Source of the DNA: an uncultured Alphaproteobacteria bacterium
GTDB lineage: Bacteria > Pseudomonadota > Alphaproteobacteria > Rs-D84
DNA: 64,000 nucleotides
Direction: 5' to 3'
Assembly: GCA_944392815.1 (NCBI GenBank)
Contig: CALXXY010000001.1
Span: forward strand, 32,001-96,000
A program made the translations under genes and the position numbers. This document shows positions 29,380 to 39,345 of this stretch, in pieces. Under the pieces are notes generated by a model. It was not told the origin of the DNA. It made no database searches and was given only the letters and a program-made list of their open reading frames with translations. Position 1 is the stretch's first letter. The number at the start of each line of letters is the position of its first letter.

Positions 29380-31149
29380 TTATTTCACTATTTCGTGGAA
29401 AATTGTGGCCGGAATGGTGCCACCTGTGATTTTTGATGACATAGATGTGTTGTCATCGCGGCCGGTCCAAACACCTATGACCAAATCGCGCCATGCACCC
29501 ACGAACCAAGCGTCGCGATTATCATTACTGGTGCCGGTTTTCCCACCCAAAACACCCGGCGCCATTGCCCTGTGGCCGGTGCCACCAACAGCAACCACAT
29601 CGGCCAACAACTGGGTCATGTATTCAACAGTTTGGGGCATTAATACCTGTATAGGGTCAGACGGATTACGTTCATAAATTATGTTGCCGTATGGGTCGGT
29701 GATTTTAGTAATTGAATATGGGCGCACCGATTGACCCGCGTTCCAGATAACTGCGTAAATTGTTGTTAAATCCAACAGCGACATTTCCGACGCACCCAAT
29801 ACTGTCGAATATTCGCGACGCAATTTATTTCCAACACCCAAACGCCCCGCCATGTCCAGCACAGCGTCTATGCCGAATTCCTGGGTTAATTTCAGCGGCA
29901 CAGAATTCACCGATTTTGCAAATGCCGTGGCCAATGTTATATCGCCATAATAGCGTTTGTTATAATTCTGGGGCGAATAATCACCAATGGAAAACGGGGA
30001 ATCATTGACGTACGTGTCCGGTGTCATGCCGTTTTCCAGCGCAACCAAATATACGACCGGTTTAAACGAACTGCCGGGTTGACGCAGTGCCAATGCACGA
30101 TTAAACTGGCTTTCCTGGTAATTAGTTCCACCGACCATGGCACGCACCGCGCCGTCTGTATTCATGGCCACAACCGCCCCCTGATTTTTACCAACCTGGG
30201 GTGGTAAAATATCGGCAATATGTTCCTGTAAATTCATATCCAGCGTGGTATAGACATACAAATCAGATTCAAATGTCCCGATTGTTGATTCCGCTTCGTC
30301 CAAAACAAAGTCCGTCCAATAACGATATATATTCGTATTTGGTGCGGGCGTTGCCGGTGCCAATTCGCGCGCCGCAATGCGCGCCTGGTTCAATGTGATG
30401 TATCCCTGGCGCACCATTTCCTGTAATATAATGCGGGCGCGCGCGATATTTTTATCGGGGTTCGCCAATGGGCTGTATGTGGTTGGGGCCTTTAACATAG
30501 CGGCGATTTGTGCGGCCTGGGCAATTGATAAATCATTCGCAGAACGTTGGAACATAACACGCGCGGCCGCGTCTATGCCCCGCATGCCGCCCACCAACGA
30601 TACGCGATTCATGTATAAATCCAAAACCTGATTTTTAGTAAAACGATTTTCCAACCAATATGATAAAATCAATTCCTGGACTTTGCGGGAAATCTTTTTT
30701 TCACGCGACAGAAAAATATTTTTTGCCGTTTGCTGGGTAATTGATGAACCGCCCGCCGCAATACGACCATGGATTAAATTCGACAGCAGGGCGCGCGTAA
30801 TCCCGCGAATATCAATAGGGCCATGTTCAAAAAATCTTTTATCTTCGATTGCGACAATAGATTGCCATACGTATGGGGGCAAAGTTTCCACCGATACCGG
30901 CGTGCCCATTATACGATTTGACGCACGAATTTCGTTCCCGTTTTTATCCAAAAATATCACGGCCGCCGGACGCGTTTCATGCAAAATTGCGTCCAATGAC
31001 GGCATTTGCAAAAATATCACAACAACATATATCGCAACGCCCGTCAGCGCCAACAAAAACAAATCGACGCACCACACAAATATCCGCAGCCCACGCGACG
31101 TGCGGCGTTCGTTTGTCTGTGTGCGTGATGTATTGCGTTTGTTTTGCAA
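29380..31149 (-). CDS. Class A penicillin-binding protein (transglycosylase/transpeptidase)
   Basis: EDKRFFEH, GGSSITQQ, RKVQE, SSFK, SVN, KTGT; TTG start. Confidence 0.95.
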   Translation of the reverse strand: MQNKRNTSRTQTNERRTSRGLRIFVWCVDLFLLALTGVAIYVVVIFLQMPSLDAILHETRPAAVIFLDKNGNEIRASNRIMGTPVSVETLPPYVWQSIVAIEDKRFFEHGPIDIRGITRALLSNLIHGRIAAGGSSITQQTAKNIFLSREKKISRKVQELILSYWLENRFTKNQVLDLYMNRVSLVGGMRGIDAAARVMFQRSANDLSIAQAAQIAAMLKAPTTYSPLANPDKNIARARIILQEMVRQGYITLNQARIAARELAPATPAPNTNIYRYWTDFVLDEAESTIGTFESDLYVYTTLDMNLQEHIADILPPQVGKNQGAVVAMNTDGAVRAMVGGTNYQESQFNRALALRQPGSSFKPVVYLVALENGMTPDTYVNDSPFSIGDYSPQNYNKRYYGDITLATAFAKSVNSVPLKLTQEFGIDAVLDMAGRLGVGNKLRREYSTVLGASEMSLLDLTTIYAVIWNAGQSVRPYSITKITDPYGNIIYERNPSDPIQVLMPQTVEYMTQLLADVVAVGGTGHRAMAPGVLGGKTGTSNDNRDAWFVGAWRDLVIGVWTGRDDNTSMSSKITGGTIPATIFHEIVK

Positions 31150-31249
31150 TTGTTCCCCGTTGTTTCATGGAATTATATCACAAACGACTTGCGTTTTTCC
31201 ATAAATTAAAACTATAATTCGGCATATGTACAAAACGAAAGGAAAGAAT

Positions 31250-31876
31250 ATGAAAAAATTTTTACTGGTCACGTTGTTGTTTTGTATGGGAACGATGCCG
31301 GCGGTGGCTGATAATTACGGGTATAATTCAACGCCACAGCGTGATACCTATGTGGGGTTGCGGTTGCATAAAAATGACAACATAGCGTTCAGGTACGAAC
31401 CAGAAAATGGCGATGGTATTACCCTGCGCGATGGCAGTTTTGGGTTTGGCGCGATGATTGGAAATCGACTGACAGATCATGTAAAAATAGAATTTGAAAC
31501 AGAATACACATATGGTGGGCAATCTAAATATGGCAGCGATTATAATTTTAACGTTTGGGCCAATATGCTGAATGTATATGTGTATCAACAATTTGGTGGC
31601 GCGGTGGAACCGTATGCAGGCCTGGGGGTTGGTGTATCTGGGCTGTGGGGCGAAATTGACGGAAATATAAATGCGTCTGACGCCACGGCTGATATGTCGT
31701 GGTCCATTATGGCCGGCGTGAATTTTGCGTTGAATGACCGCATAGATTTAAATCTGGGGATAAAATACCAAAATTACGGTGATTTGGGAATCAGTGACGA
31801 CAACGGAAACAATGCGTCCATAGAAGTTGACGGCACGGAATTCTATATCAGTGCGGCGTATAAATTCGGATTATAA
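31250..31876 (+). CDS. Outer-membrane beta-barrel protein
   Basis: Signal peptide MKKFLLV..AVA, PYAGLGVG, terminal AYKFGL. Confidence 0.85.
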   Translation: MKKFLLVTLLFCMGTMPAVADNYGYNSTPQRDTYVGLRLHKNDNIAFRYEPENGDGITLRDGSFGFGAMIGNRLTDHVKIEFETEYTYGGQSKYGSDYNFNVWANMLNVYVYQQFGGAVEPYAGLGVGVSGLWGEIDGNINASDATADMSWSIMAGVNFALNDRIDLNLGIKYQNYGDLGISDDNGNNASIEVDGTEFYISAAYKFGL

Positions 31877-31902
31877 AAATCAACGGGGCGCGGCCCCGTT
31901 TT

Positions 31903-32580
31903 TTATTTATCGTTTTGTGTAATCGGTAATTTGGCCGTGCCCAACAATTGTTGAAAATGTATCGCGGCCAATGCGTCTGAATCCAGCCAATCGGTTATGT
32001 GCGTTATCATGCTTTTTATATATTTCGCACCAACGTGGCGATTGCGACGAAAATTGTGTTCGTTTATTAATTGGGATATTTCGCGCATTAAAATGGACAG
32101 CGTTTGCACCTGGTCTGCGGACAACACGTTTGAATTGGCGTTGTGGTATATTAAATTATCCAATTCGTCCCTGCATTCACGCAAAGATTTCATTGCTGCG
32201 GCGGATATTTTTAATCGCGACGCCATGCGTGATATGCTGATGTCGCCCATGTTATTCAGTGTGGCAAATGTTAATTTGCCACGCAGGCCGATAATCTGGC
32301 GAATAACCATGATTAATTTCAACAACAGCACATTGATTTTATCGCCCATATTGTTGGCCAGGGTCTTTTTTAACTGTTTGGATACGCGATAATTTGAATA
32401 ATCATACAGCAAAAACACCAGCGGTATCGACAACAGTGACGCTGCGATGTTGTTTATCAAATCGGCGACACTGGGGTCATGAATGTCGTCTTTGGTGACT
32501 ATGAATAAAACCCAACCGCCCGCGATTGACAACACGTACGGAATCATTTTCAGCAAAAAATCACGCAGATTAAATTTCAT
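31903..32580 (-). CDS. Hypothetical membrane protein
   Basis: Two N-terminal TM segments followed by a helical domain; start uncertain. Confidence 0.75.
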   Translation of the reverse strand: MKFNLRDFLLKMIPYVLSIAGGWVLFIVTKDDIHDPSVADLINNIAASLLSIPLVFLLYDYSNYRVSKQLKKTLANNMGDKINVLLLKLIMVIRQIIGLRGKLTFATLNNMGDISISRMASRLKISAAAMKSLRECRDELDNLIYHNANSNVLSADQVQTLSILMREISQLINEHNFRRNRHVGAKYIKSMITHITDWLDSDALAAIHFQQLLGTAKLPITQNDK

Positions 32581-32650
32581 ACACATATTGTGCATTATCC
32601 CGCGCGGGAAATATACAGGAACCTATGCCTGGCGATAGTGCTGGCAATGC

Positions 32651-32679
32651 TTGAAATTTTGCCCAAAATACACTATAAT
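32651..32679 (+). promoter_or_regulatory. Sigma70-like promoter
   Basis: TTGAAA-N17-TATAAT 30 nt upstream of the 749-aa ORF. Confidence 0.65.
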
Positions 32680-32709
32680 AGTGTGATGTGAAACAAGGGG
32701 CGTTGTGTT

Positions 32710-34959
32710 ATGGCTGTAAAAATGAACGATTTTTTATTGGAATATTTCAAGCGAATGATTTTTCGCAGCATGTCAATTGAACAATTCGTTCATTATTGCG
32801 ATTTCGTCAAGGCCGACGATATGGCCGGAAATATGAAGGAATGGCGCGATACCCTGTTGGAAAAAAACGCGGCCGGCGAATTGGTCACTGACGCGGCCGG
32901 GCTGTACGTACGCAAAGATTATCCGGACCCGTTTGCCGGCGATTTTGAATTGGAACCCGCCGAGTGGGAAAAAATGTTTCGCGCGTTCAACAATGCTTTC
33001 CAGGAAATGGACGCGTATAAAAACAGTTTTAAATATGAAAAAAAGCCAACCGATTTCCTGAACAAATATTTTGGCAGCACTGGGCAATTGTTTTCGTATA
33101 CCACTGCAAGCATAGCGGCCGAAACAAAAATTGCGGAATTAAAAAACATATTGGAAACGCATGCGTCGCAATTAAGACCCAAATTAACTGGATTTTTTAA
33201 CGATGATTTTACATGGGACGATTTAATAACTGGGATTGCCGATAAAAAATACAATAAAAATCCATCGTTCCGTGAAAAAATGACCTCTATTGCAGAAGCG
33301 TTGGCCGCCGATACCCAGGTGACGGCAACGTCTGCGGTCTATTCTGTGGTTGGCAGAAAACTGGATTTTTCTGCTATTCGCGATGGATTTGATGGTGGGC
33401 CAATTAACCCCGCCAAAATGACGCAATTTCAATTATCGTATCGTGATTTATTGCGCGAATTGTACACCAATACCAAGGCATTCGAGTATTTTTCTGCACA
33501 CGACCCAACCAAAATTTCCAAATTATTGAACGAGGCCAAAGGCCGCCTGGATTATAATGACACGAACAGCAAGGGATATATTTCCCCAAAACGGCCGGAT
33601 ACGTTAACCCTGCCCCAGCGTATATCTGAATGGTGGGACAAAACGTATTCCAATTATCTGGAAAAATATGTCAAATTGACGCCGGATCGTATGTTCATTT
33701 CGCTGCAGGCCAAGGCGATTTTCCAGGAAATTGACAAACTGCATTTAAATCCGGCCGATGGACTGGATAAAGTGTTGGAAAATACCGATAAAATTTCCGG
33801 CAAGTTAAAGGCAAAATATAAAAAGGCCGCGGATCATTTTGAATGGTTTACCAAAACTTTGACCGAATTAAAAAATACTATGGGCAAAGGCAAAGCGTTT
33901 GAAAAGGCCCTGTCGAACGGTCATTCTATGAACATGTTGGTTCAGCAAATTATTATCAAGGCCGTCAACGAAAACAAAATTGACGAGGCCAAAACCACCC
34001 TGGAAATATTGCCTGTGTTGCGGTATGCGTACACGACCAGTCGCATAATGGACGTATTTAATAAATCTGATTTGACGATTTTTTCAGACAAAAGTTATTC
34101 ATGGAACACAAAAAATCCCGCCATGCAATTTATTACAAACGCCATGGATTTGGGAATTAAAAAGGCATTCCAACTGGCTGGGTACGGCATTACCATGGCA
34201 GGGAACGCAATCAATCGCATCGGTACGAAATTCAACGGCAAAATGGGCAAAGATTTACGCGACGCCCGCAATGCCAAGATGGACGAATGGTCCCAACAGC
34301 GCAGCGATTTAGAATCCAACGTATCACGATACGAAACAGAACGCAGTACAAAAAGTGCTGAATTACGCAGTTTGATTCGTGCTGGTAATTCGCCAATTCA
34401 ACTGAAACGCGACATCAGCGGATACGAACGCAGACGCGATTTGGCTTTGCAAAGTTTCAATCAAAGATTGGAAAAATTGACACAAATATGGGGAGTCATG
34501 ACGTATACCCCCGGCGTCAACAGGGCGGACATAGATATCCTGGGGGATATTATTTCCAGATTGCGCGATGATGTTAATGCTGATATCGATCCCGCCCAGA
34601 TTAGTGCCATTACCGATGTAAATATCCAGCGCGAAATAAACCGCATGTTGGCACGTCGAAACAATTTCATACAAAATGCCGATGATTTGCGGGATTCCCA
34701 AACAAAGTACCAGGAATTGGTTAATGCCAAAAATGCAGTCAAGGCATATGATGAATTAATTGACAAGGCCAACGAAGATTTGGCCAACTGGGACAGTAAT
34801 CACAAGGATAAATATGCTGAATTAATGGCGTATTGGGATTTGTGCAATTCTGGGTTTAATAAATCATGGTTTGGCAATCGCGACGCCCAACAGAAAAAAT
34901 TCACGAAAAACATGGTGCCGTTGGTCCAGGCACGTTTGGACGCATATCGCGTGGCCTGA
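32710..34959 (+). CDS. Large hypothetical helical/coiled-coil protein
   Basis: 749-aa ORF with own promoter and RBS; no recognisable catalytic motif. Confidence 0.85.
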   Translation: MAVKMNDFLLEYFKRMIFRSMSIEQFVHYCDFVKADDMAGNMKEWRDTLLEKNAAGELVTDAAGLYVRKDYPDPFAGDFELEPAEWEKMFRAFNNAFQEMDAYKNSFKYEKKPTDFLNKYFGSTGQLFSYTTASIAAETKIAELKNILETHASQLRPKLTGFFNDDFTWDDLITGIADKKYNKNPSFREKMTSIAEALAADTQVTATSAVYSVVGRKLDFSAIRDGFDGGPINPAKMTQFQLSYRDLLRELYTNTKAFEYFSAHDPTKISKLLNEAKGRLDYNDTNSKGYISPKRPDTLTLPQRISEWWDKTYSNYLEKYVKLTPDRMFISLQAKAIFQEIDKLHLNPADGLDKVLENTDKISGKLKAKYKKAADHFEWFTKTLTELKNTMGKGKAFEKALSNGHSMNMLVQQIIIKAVNENKIDEAKTTLEILPVLRYAYTTSRIMDVFNKSDLTIFSDKSYSWNTKNPAMQFITNAMDLGIKKAFQLAGYGITMAGNAINRIGTKFNGKMGKDLRDARNAKMDEWSQQRSDLESNVSRYETERSTKSAELRSLIRAGNSPIQLKRDISGYERRRDLALQSFNQRLEKLTQIWGVMTYTPGVNRADIDILGDIISRLRDDVNADIDPAQISAITDVNIQREINRMLARRNNFIQNADDLRDSQTKYQELVNAKNAVKAYDELIDKANEDLANWDSNHKDKYAELMAYWDLCNSGFNKSWFGNRDAQQKKFTKNMVPLVQARLDAYRVA

Positions 34960-35031
34960 TAAATTCCCCATTTTGCTGTTGAAACGTGACGCGGCCTGTG
35001 TTATGCTGGACGCCGTAACAAAGGGGATTTT

Positions 35032-36273
35032 ATGTACATACTTGCATTGAACTGTGGTTCTTCGTCACTGAAATATCAGGTTTTTGATGCTGATACTAAA
35101 CGCGCCGTTGTGGGCGGGAATGTGGAAAAAATCGGATTGCCGGATTCTTTTATCACACAAAAATACCCGGACGGCACCAAACAGCGCAAAGATACCGAAA
35201 TGAAAAATCATGACGAGGCATTAAATGTCGTTCTGTTTATGCTGCGCGACGCGTCCATCGACATGAATGAAATCGGCGGTGTTGGGCACCGCGTGGTTAT
35301 GGGGGGCGATAAATTTGCGTCGTCTGTGGAAATTACTGATGACGTGATTAAAACTATTGATGAATTGTCGCCGTTGGCGCCATTGCACAACCCGTCGGCA
35401 CTGATGGGAATTGTGACAGCAAAACAGTTGTTGCCCAACGCAAAACAGGTTGCTGTGTTTGATACCGCGTTTCACCAGACAATGCCTGATTATGCGTATC
35501 GCTATGCCGTGCCACACGCGTGGTACACTGAATTGGGCGTGCGCAGATACGGGTTCCACGGAACATCGCACCTGTACGTATCCAAACGCGCGGCCAAACT
35601 GTTGGGACGGCCGGCGTCTGAGTGTAATTTGGTGACGCTGCACATCGGTTCGGGCGCGTCGGCCACAGCAATTAAAAACGGTATTTCGGTTGATACTTCG
35701 CTGGGCATGACACCGTTGTCGGGGCTGACCATGGGAACGCGGCCGGGCGATGTTGATCCAGGTGTGATTTTGTACGTGATGGAACGGTTGCACCTGACGC
35801 CGGAACAAATGCAAAAACATTTGAACAAAGATTCTGGATTAATGGGACTGACGGAATGTTTCGTTGATCGCCGTGATGTGGAATCCAACCGCGACACTAA
35901 TGACAAATGCCGTTTGGCGATTGATATGGAATCGCACAACGTGAAAAAATACATTGGTGCATATATGGCCGAGTTGGGTCACACAGACGCGTTGGTGTTT
36001 ACCGCCGGCGTGGGCGAAAACGATGATTACCTGCGTGAAAAATTCTGTACAGGATTGGAAGAATTGGGAATCAAACTGGACCGCGAAAAAAATGCCGCCG
36101 CGTTGGCGCGCAAGGGTATTTCTGAAATGGAAATTTCCACCCCAGACAGCCCGGTAAAGGTATTCATGATTGCCACCAACGAAGAGTTGGTTATCGTCGA
36201 AGATACATTGGCCATCATGAACGGCACATATAATCCAAACCATTTGGAAATGGATTATTCATTCGCGAAATAA
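35032..36273 (+). CDS. ackA: Acetate kinase
   Basis: LNCGSSSLKY, GHRVV, APLHNP, FDTAFH, RRYGFHGTSH, FTAGVGEN, TNEE. Confidence 0.97.
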   Translation: MYILALNCGSSSLKYQVFDADTKRAVVGGNVEKIGLPDSFITQKYPDGTKQRKDTEMKNHDEALNVVLFMLRDASIDMNEIGGVGHRVVMGGDKFASSVEITDDVIKTIDELSPLAPLHNPSALMGIVTAKQLLPNAKQVAVFDTAFHQTMPDYAYRYAVPHAWYTELGVRRYGFHGTSHLYVSKRAAKLLGRPASECNLVTLHIGSGASATAIKNGISVDTSLGMTPLSGLTMGTRPGDVDPGVILYVMERLHLTPEQMQKHLNKDSGLMGLTECFVDRRDVESNRDTNDKCRLAIDMESHNVKKYIGAYMAELGHTDALVFTAGVGENDDYLREKFCTGLEELGIKLDREKNAAALARKGISEMEISTPDSPVKVFMIATNEELVIVEDTLAIMNGTYNPNHLEMDYSFAK

Positions 36274-36301
36274 CAAACGGGGCATTCGCCCCGTTTGTTA
36301 T

Positions 36302-36420
36302 TAGAGTGAAGAGTGTAGAGTTTAGAGTGTAGATAATGTCCGCGCATATGCGCGGGATTTTATTACCGTTGCGGAATAAAGTTCCCCTCTGCGGAGGGGT
36401 GGGCAAAGCCCGGGGTGGTT
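36302..36420. repeat. Heptamer tract plus left copy of the ~82-bp direct repeat flanking Cys-rich cassette A
   Basis: 36339-36420 matches 37391-37472 with about 6 mismatches. Confidence 0.9.
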
Positions 36421-36746
36421 TATTCCATTGCACACGCCTGTTCGAATTCATATATGCCGGTGGTGTCTGTATACGATACACCCGCTGGGGCGTACATTAT
36501 GCACGACCCGCCGGGGTTGGATGCGATACAACTGGTTGCTGTGCCGGCGGACGTATAGCCCGTTGGGCATGAAGTGTTCGCGATGTCCATGTGTTCCTCG
36601 ACCACCGCGATATAACCCGACGGGCATGAAGTTGACGGCGCGCTTATTGCCTGCGCTGGCGGACCAACGACTACTCCACCTCCTACATCCAGGGCCATTG
36701 CAGATACCGGACAACATAATGCACATAAAATCAGTATTCTTTTCAT
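36420..36746 (-). CDS. Small secreted Cys-rich partner protein (cassette A, gene 2)
   Basis: Signal peptide, two TSCP(S/T)GY repeats; mature part near-identical to 44146-44424. Confidence 0.88.
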   Translation of the reverse strand: MKRILILCALCCPVSAMALDVGGGVVVGPPAQAISAPSTSCPSGYIAVVEEHMDIANTSCPTGYTSAGTATSCIASNPGGSCIMYAPAGVSYTDTTGIYEFEQACAME

Positions 36747-36757
36747 CGTCGCCCCCG

Positions 36758-37195
36758 TTAGTCAGACAAAGAACCAAACAACCTAGACCGAAAGGCCGGA
36801 TAGAAGTAGAGGTTGGTCGCACAGTTGTCCGCGCAATGCCGCTGGCAATAAATGGTCGCCGGGGCCGCGGAGTACACCCAGCGCGACACGGCGGGACTTA
36901 TCATACGACACCAGCAATATTTATTATCGTCAGGTGTGTTTGATGTATCCAGTTCTGTCGCCGTTTGATATCCTGACCCACCATCTGTACTGCTGCATAT
37001 TCCTATACCGCTTACCGGTGTGCTTACCCCGTATGTTGTACACGTAGATGCCCAATCGGTATGACGTTCGTAATCATCTATCGTACACGTCGTGCTGCTG
37101 TTCAAGGCCACGCACTTCGTCACGGCGTGGGCGCCGGTGGTGGTTATGGCGCAGAGCATTGCTCCGGCGATTAAAAACAGTTTCGAAATTTTCAT
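36758..37195 (-). CDS. Secreted Cys-rich protein with a candidate DGR variable region (cassette A, gene 1)
   Basis: Signal peptide ending GAHA, Cys scaffold shared with 43691-44134 (KCVA, DWASTC, ICSST, CWC.M.SPA, C...CA..CA). Start placed at MKISKL with GGGGAG RBS. Confidence 0.88.
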   Translation of the reverse strand: MKISKLFLIAGAMLCAITTTGAHAVTKCVALNSSTTCTIDDYERHTDWASTCTTYGVSTPVSGIGICSSTDGGSGYQTATELDTSNTPDDNKYCWCRMISPAVSRWVYSAAPATIYCQRHCADNCATNLYFYPAFRSRLFGSLSD

Positions 37196-37261
37196 TACTC
37201 TGACTCCCCTGTATGTCCCCATCGATTCGTGTTTGGGGGCCAATCCCCGCAGAATCCAAAG

Positions 37262-37349
37262 GGTGGTTTAGATCTGGCATTTGTTTAGTTGACGCAAGCC
37301 CAGAAATTCCACTATAATGTCCACATAGAAATGCCGAATCTAAACGACC
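37262..37349 (+). promoter_or_regulatory. Promoter flanked by 21-bp inverted repeats (candidate invertible switch, facing away from cassette A)
   Basis: GGTGGTTTAGATCTGGCATTT (37262-37282) and AAATGCCGAATCTAAACGACC (37329-37349), 18/21 match, enclose TTGACG-N18-TATAAT. Confidence 0.55.
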
Positions 37350-37390
37350 GTTTATTTTCGGCATCTTTTTTTTGCATTTTTCGGCAGATT

Positions 37391-38107
37391 TCCGCGCATA
37401 CGCGCGGGATTTTATTACCGTTGCGGGGCAAAGTTCCCCTCTGCGGAGGGGTGGGCGAAGCTCGGGGTGGTTATTATACCCCACCCCCCGACGGTCTGGC
37501 GACCGCCACCCCCCGCCCCAAAAATGGTGCGGTGGGCATTCTGCTTGGTTATTGTTCGGACATGCTCTCCCCTGTCATTCCCGCGCAGGCGGGAATAGGG
37601 TCTATTAAATTCATATCGCAGATTTCGTAATAATAAAAACACAACACAGAATTATCGCCCCAATTAAATAACTAATAACACACCAAGCCCTATTCCCGCC
37701 TGCGCGGGAATGACAGAATGTTTGTTGTGCGGGGCCCCGGGCGCGGGAATGACAAGAATTATTGTTTAAGGGATATTAAATTCCCGCCTTGTCCACCCCA
37801 CAAACACATTCGTGTTTGCGGGGGCCCCGGGCGCGGGAATGACAGGTTATGGGGAGTAAGTGCGCGTTCTTGAAATCTCTAACCACCCCGCCCGAACCAC
37901 CCACGCGACACGTCGCGCGGGGCCCGGTGTTGGGGCACCCCTCCAATGGAGGGGAACTTATTCCGCAACGAGACGAAGGCCAAGTTCCCCTCTGTGGAGG
38001 GGTGGCGCGCTTTGCGCGACGGGGTGGTCATTGTGTCCCAGGGGTGGGGATTAATTTGCGGGGGTGACGATTGTACCGCCACCGGGCAGAACTGGTGTGA
38101 TTTCGCC
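37391..38107. repeat. Large mosaic palindromic repeat cluster
   Basis: Right copy of the 82-bp repeat; inverted GTCATTCCCGCGCAGGCGGGAAT units at about 37574 and 37692; nested CCACCC...GGGGCCC units; CCCCTC..GAGGGG pair; 57-bp unit at 38051-38107. Confidence 0.92.
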
Positions 38108-38192
38108 CGCCGGCAGTTCAAGCCGCGACAACACGGGCTATTTCAGTTATGAACAAAATTGTCCCTATTCCAAGGGTTTTGGTCAACTATAA
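38106..38192 (+). pseudogene. Headless 3' remnant of a Cys-rich exported protein
   Basis: Manual translation PAGSSSRDNTGYFSYEQNCPYSKGFGQL*, with the same P.G....D..G.(F/W/Y).(Y/F)...C tail motif. Confidence 0.55.
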
Positions 38193-38510
38193 AACGCGGG
38201 GAACGTTCATCTTGTGCTGCACAACATCGCGCGTCAGACGCCATTTCAGCGCACCGCGAACCAGTGCCATTTCGTCCGGGGTTAATTTGAAAATCGTGGC
38301 GCACGGCGTAATCGTTTGAAAAACTTCGCCATCGGAATACAGGCGCAACCCGCCGACATCGACCGCGTGCGATTCCGGCCGATCCATCACGAACGTTTGT
38401 GGCGTGTTAATCGCCGATATCAAATCAGACAACATTATCGTCCTGGTGGCGTATGGTTGGTGCGTGGCCAAAATTCTGTGCGCAGATATTAAAATATTTT
38501 CACGTTTCAT
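38187..38510 (-). CDS. Hypothetical protein
   Basis: 107-aa ORF MKRENILIS... with AGGA RBS. Confidence 0.6.
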   Translation of the reverse strand: MKRENILISAHRILATHQPYATRTIMLSDLISAINTPQTFVMDRPESHAVDVGGLRLYSDGEVFQTITPCATIFKLTPDEMALVRGALKWRLTRDVVQHKMNVPRVL

Positions 38511-38725
38511 AATTTCAAATCCTGTCGTTGGTTGCGGGTCAGTATACCACCGCAATCATATTTGTCAACCGGTGCAGCGGAACGCTATACGGCACGATTT
38601 CATGTGGCGGATAAAAAAATTCATGCCGCGCGGTATTTTTTCTTGATTTTTTATTTTTTATATGTCAAAATAACCGCCGGACTTTGGAAATGGTGACGCT
38701 TGCGTCCCTTTTCCAGTTCAGTTTT

Positions 38726-38801
38726 GGGAACATAGCTCAGTTGGTAGAGCAAATGACTTTTAATCATTGGGTCCAGGGTTCGAGTCCCTGTGTTCCCACC
38801 A
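38726..38801 (+). tRNA. tRNA-Lys(TTT)
   Basis: GGGAACATAGCTCAGTTGGTAGAGCAAATGACTTTTAATCATTGGGTCCAGGGTTCGAGTCCCTGTGTTCCCACCA; a terminator follows at about 38807-38830. Confidence 0.98.
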
Positions 38802-39035
38802 CGATAACCCGCGGTCCCCGCGGGATTTTTGTTTTTGGTGCATTTTGAAAATATAAGCACATATGAATTATTACCAATTGCAGTGCGGGATTAAATGGTG
38901 GTACAATGTATCCGTGCATTTCGCACAGGAGAGAGAAGCCCGCCCCGCCCGTTCGTGATTATTTGACCCAATCCCCGGGACGCCCAACAGGCGCACTGCG
39001 GCGGCAAATATTTGACGGACGGGGCGCGAATGTTG

Positions 39036-39345
39036 TTATTCTTTGATATAGCAATCACGCACGATTTCGTCATAATTTGCGGACGCGCGACGCGCAGTTT
39101 CAGATTTTGTGAATAATATCGCGCATTCTTTGAACGTTTCATTATTTGGGCAACCATAGCATGCCTTCATGGCGGTGGCGTCCAGCCGATTTAACGATGT
39201 TTTCGATATACATTTTTTCGTGATTTTGTCGAAAAACTGGGTGGCCTCGTCACAGCGAACGCATTCGTTTGCGGTGTGGTCTATGCCCTGATATGCGGTT
39301 GTTTCGCATTCGATACATTCGTTGGACGTTTTGCTGGCGCAATGG
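39036..39345 (-). pseudogene. Headless 3' remnant of a Cys-rich protein
   Basis: Open frame HCASKTSNECIECETTAYQGIDHTANECVRCDEATQFFDKITKKCISK...KACYGCPNNETFKEC...RDCYIKE* with no start codon at its 5' end; fused to a repeat. Confidence 0.6.

Noticed and set aside
38891-39030. GC-rich stretch ending ACCA on the minus strand as tmRNA, 6S RNA or a riboswitch
   Set aside because: I could not fold it into, or match it to, any of these families. It needs an Infernal search.
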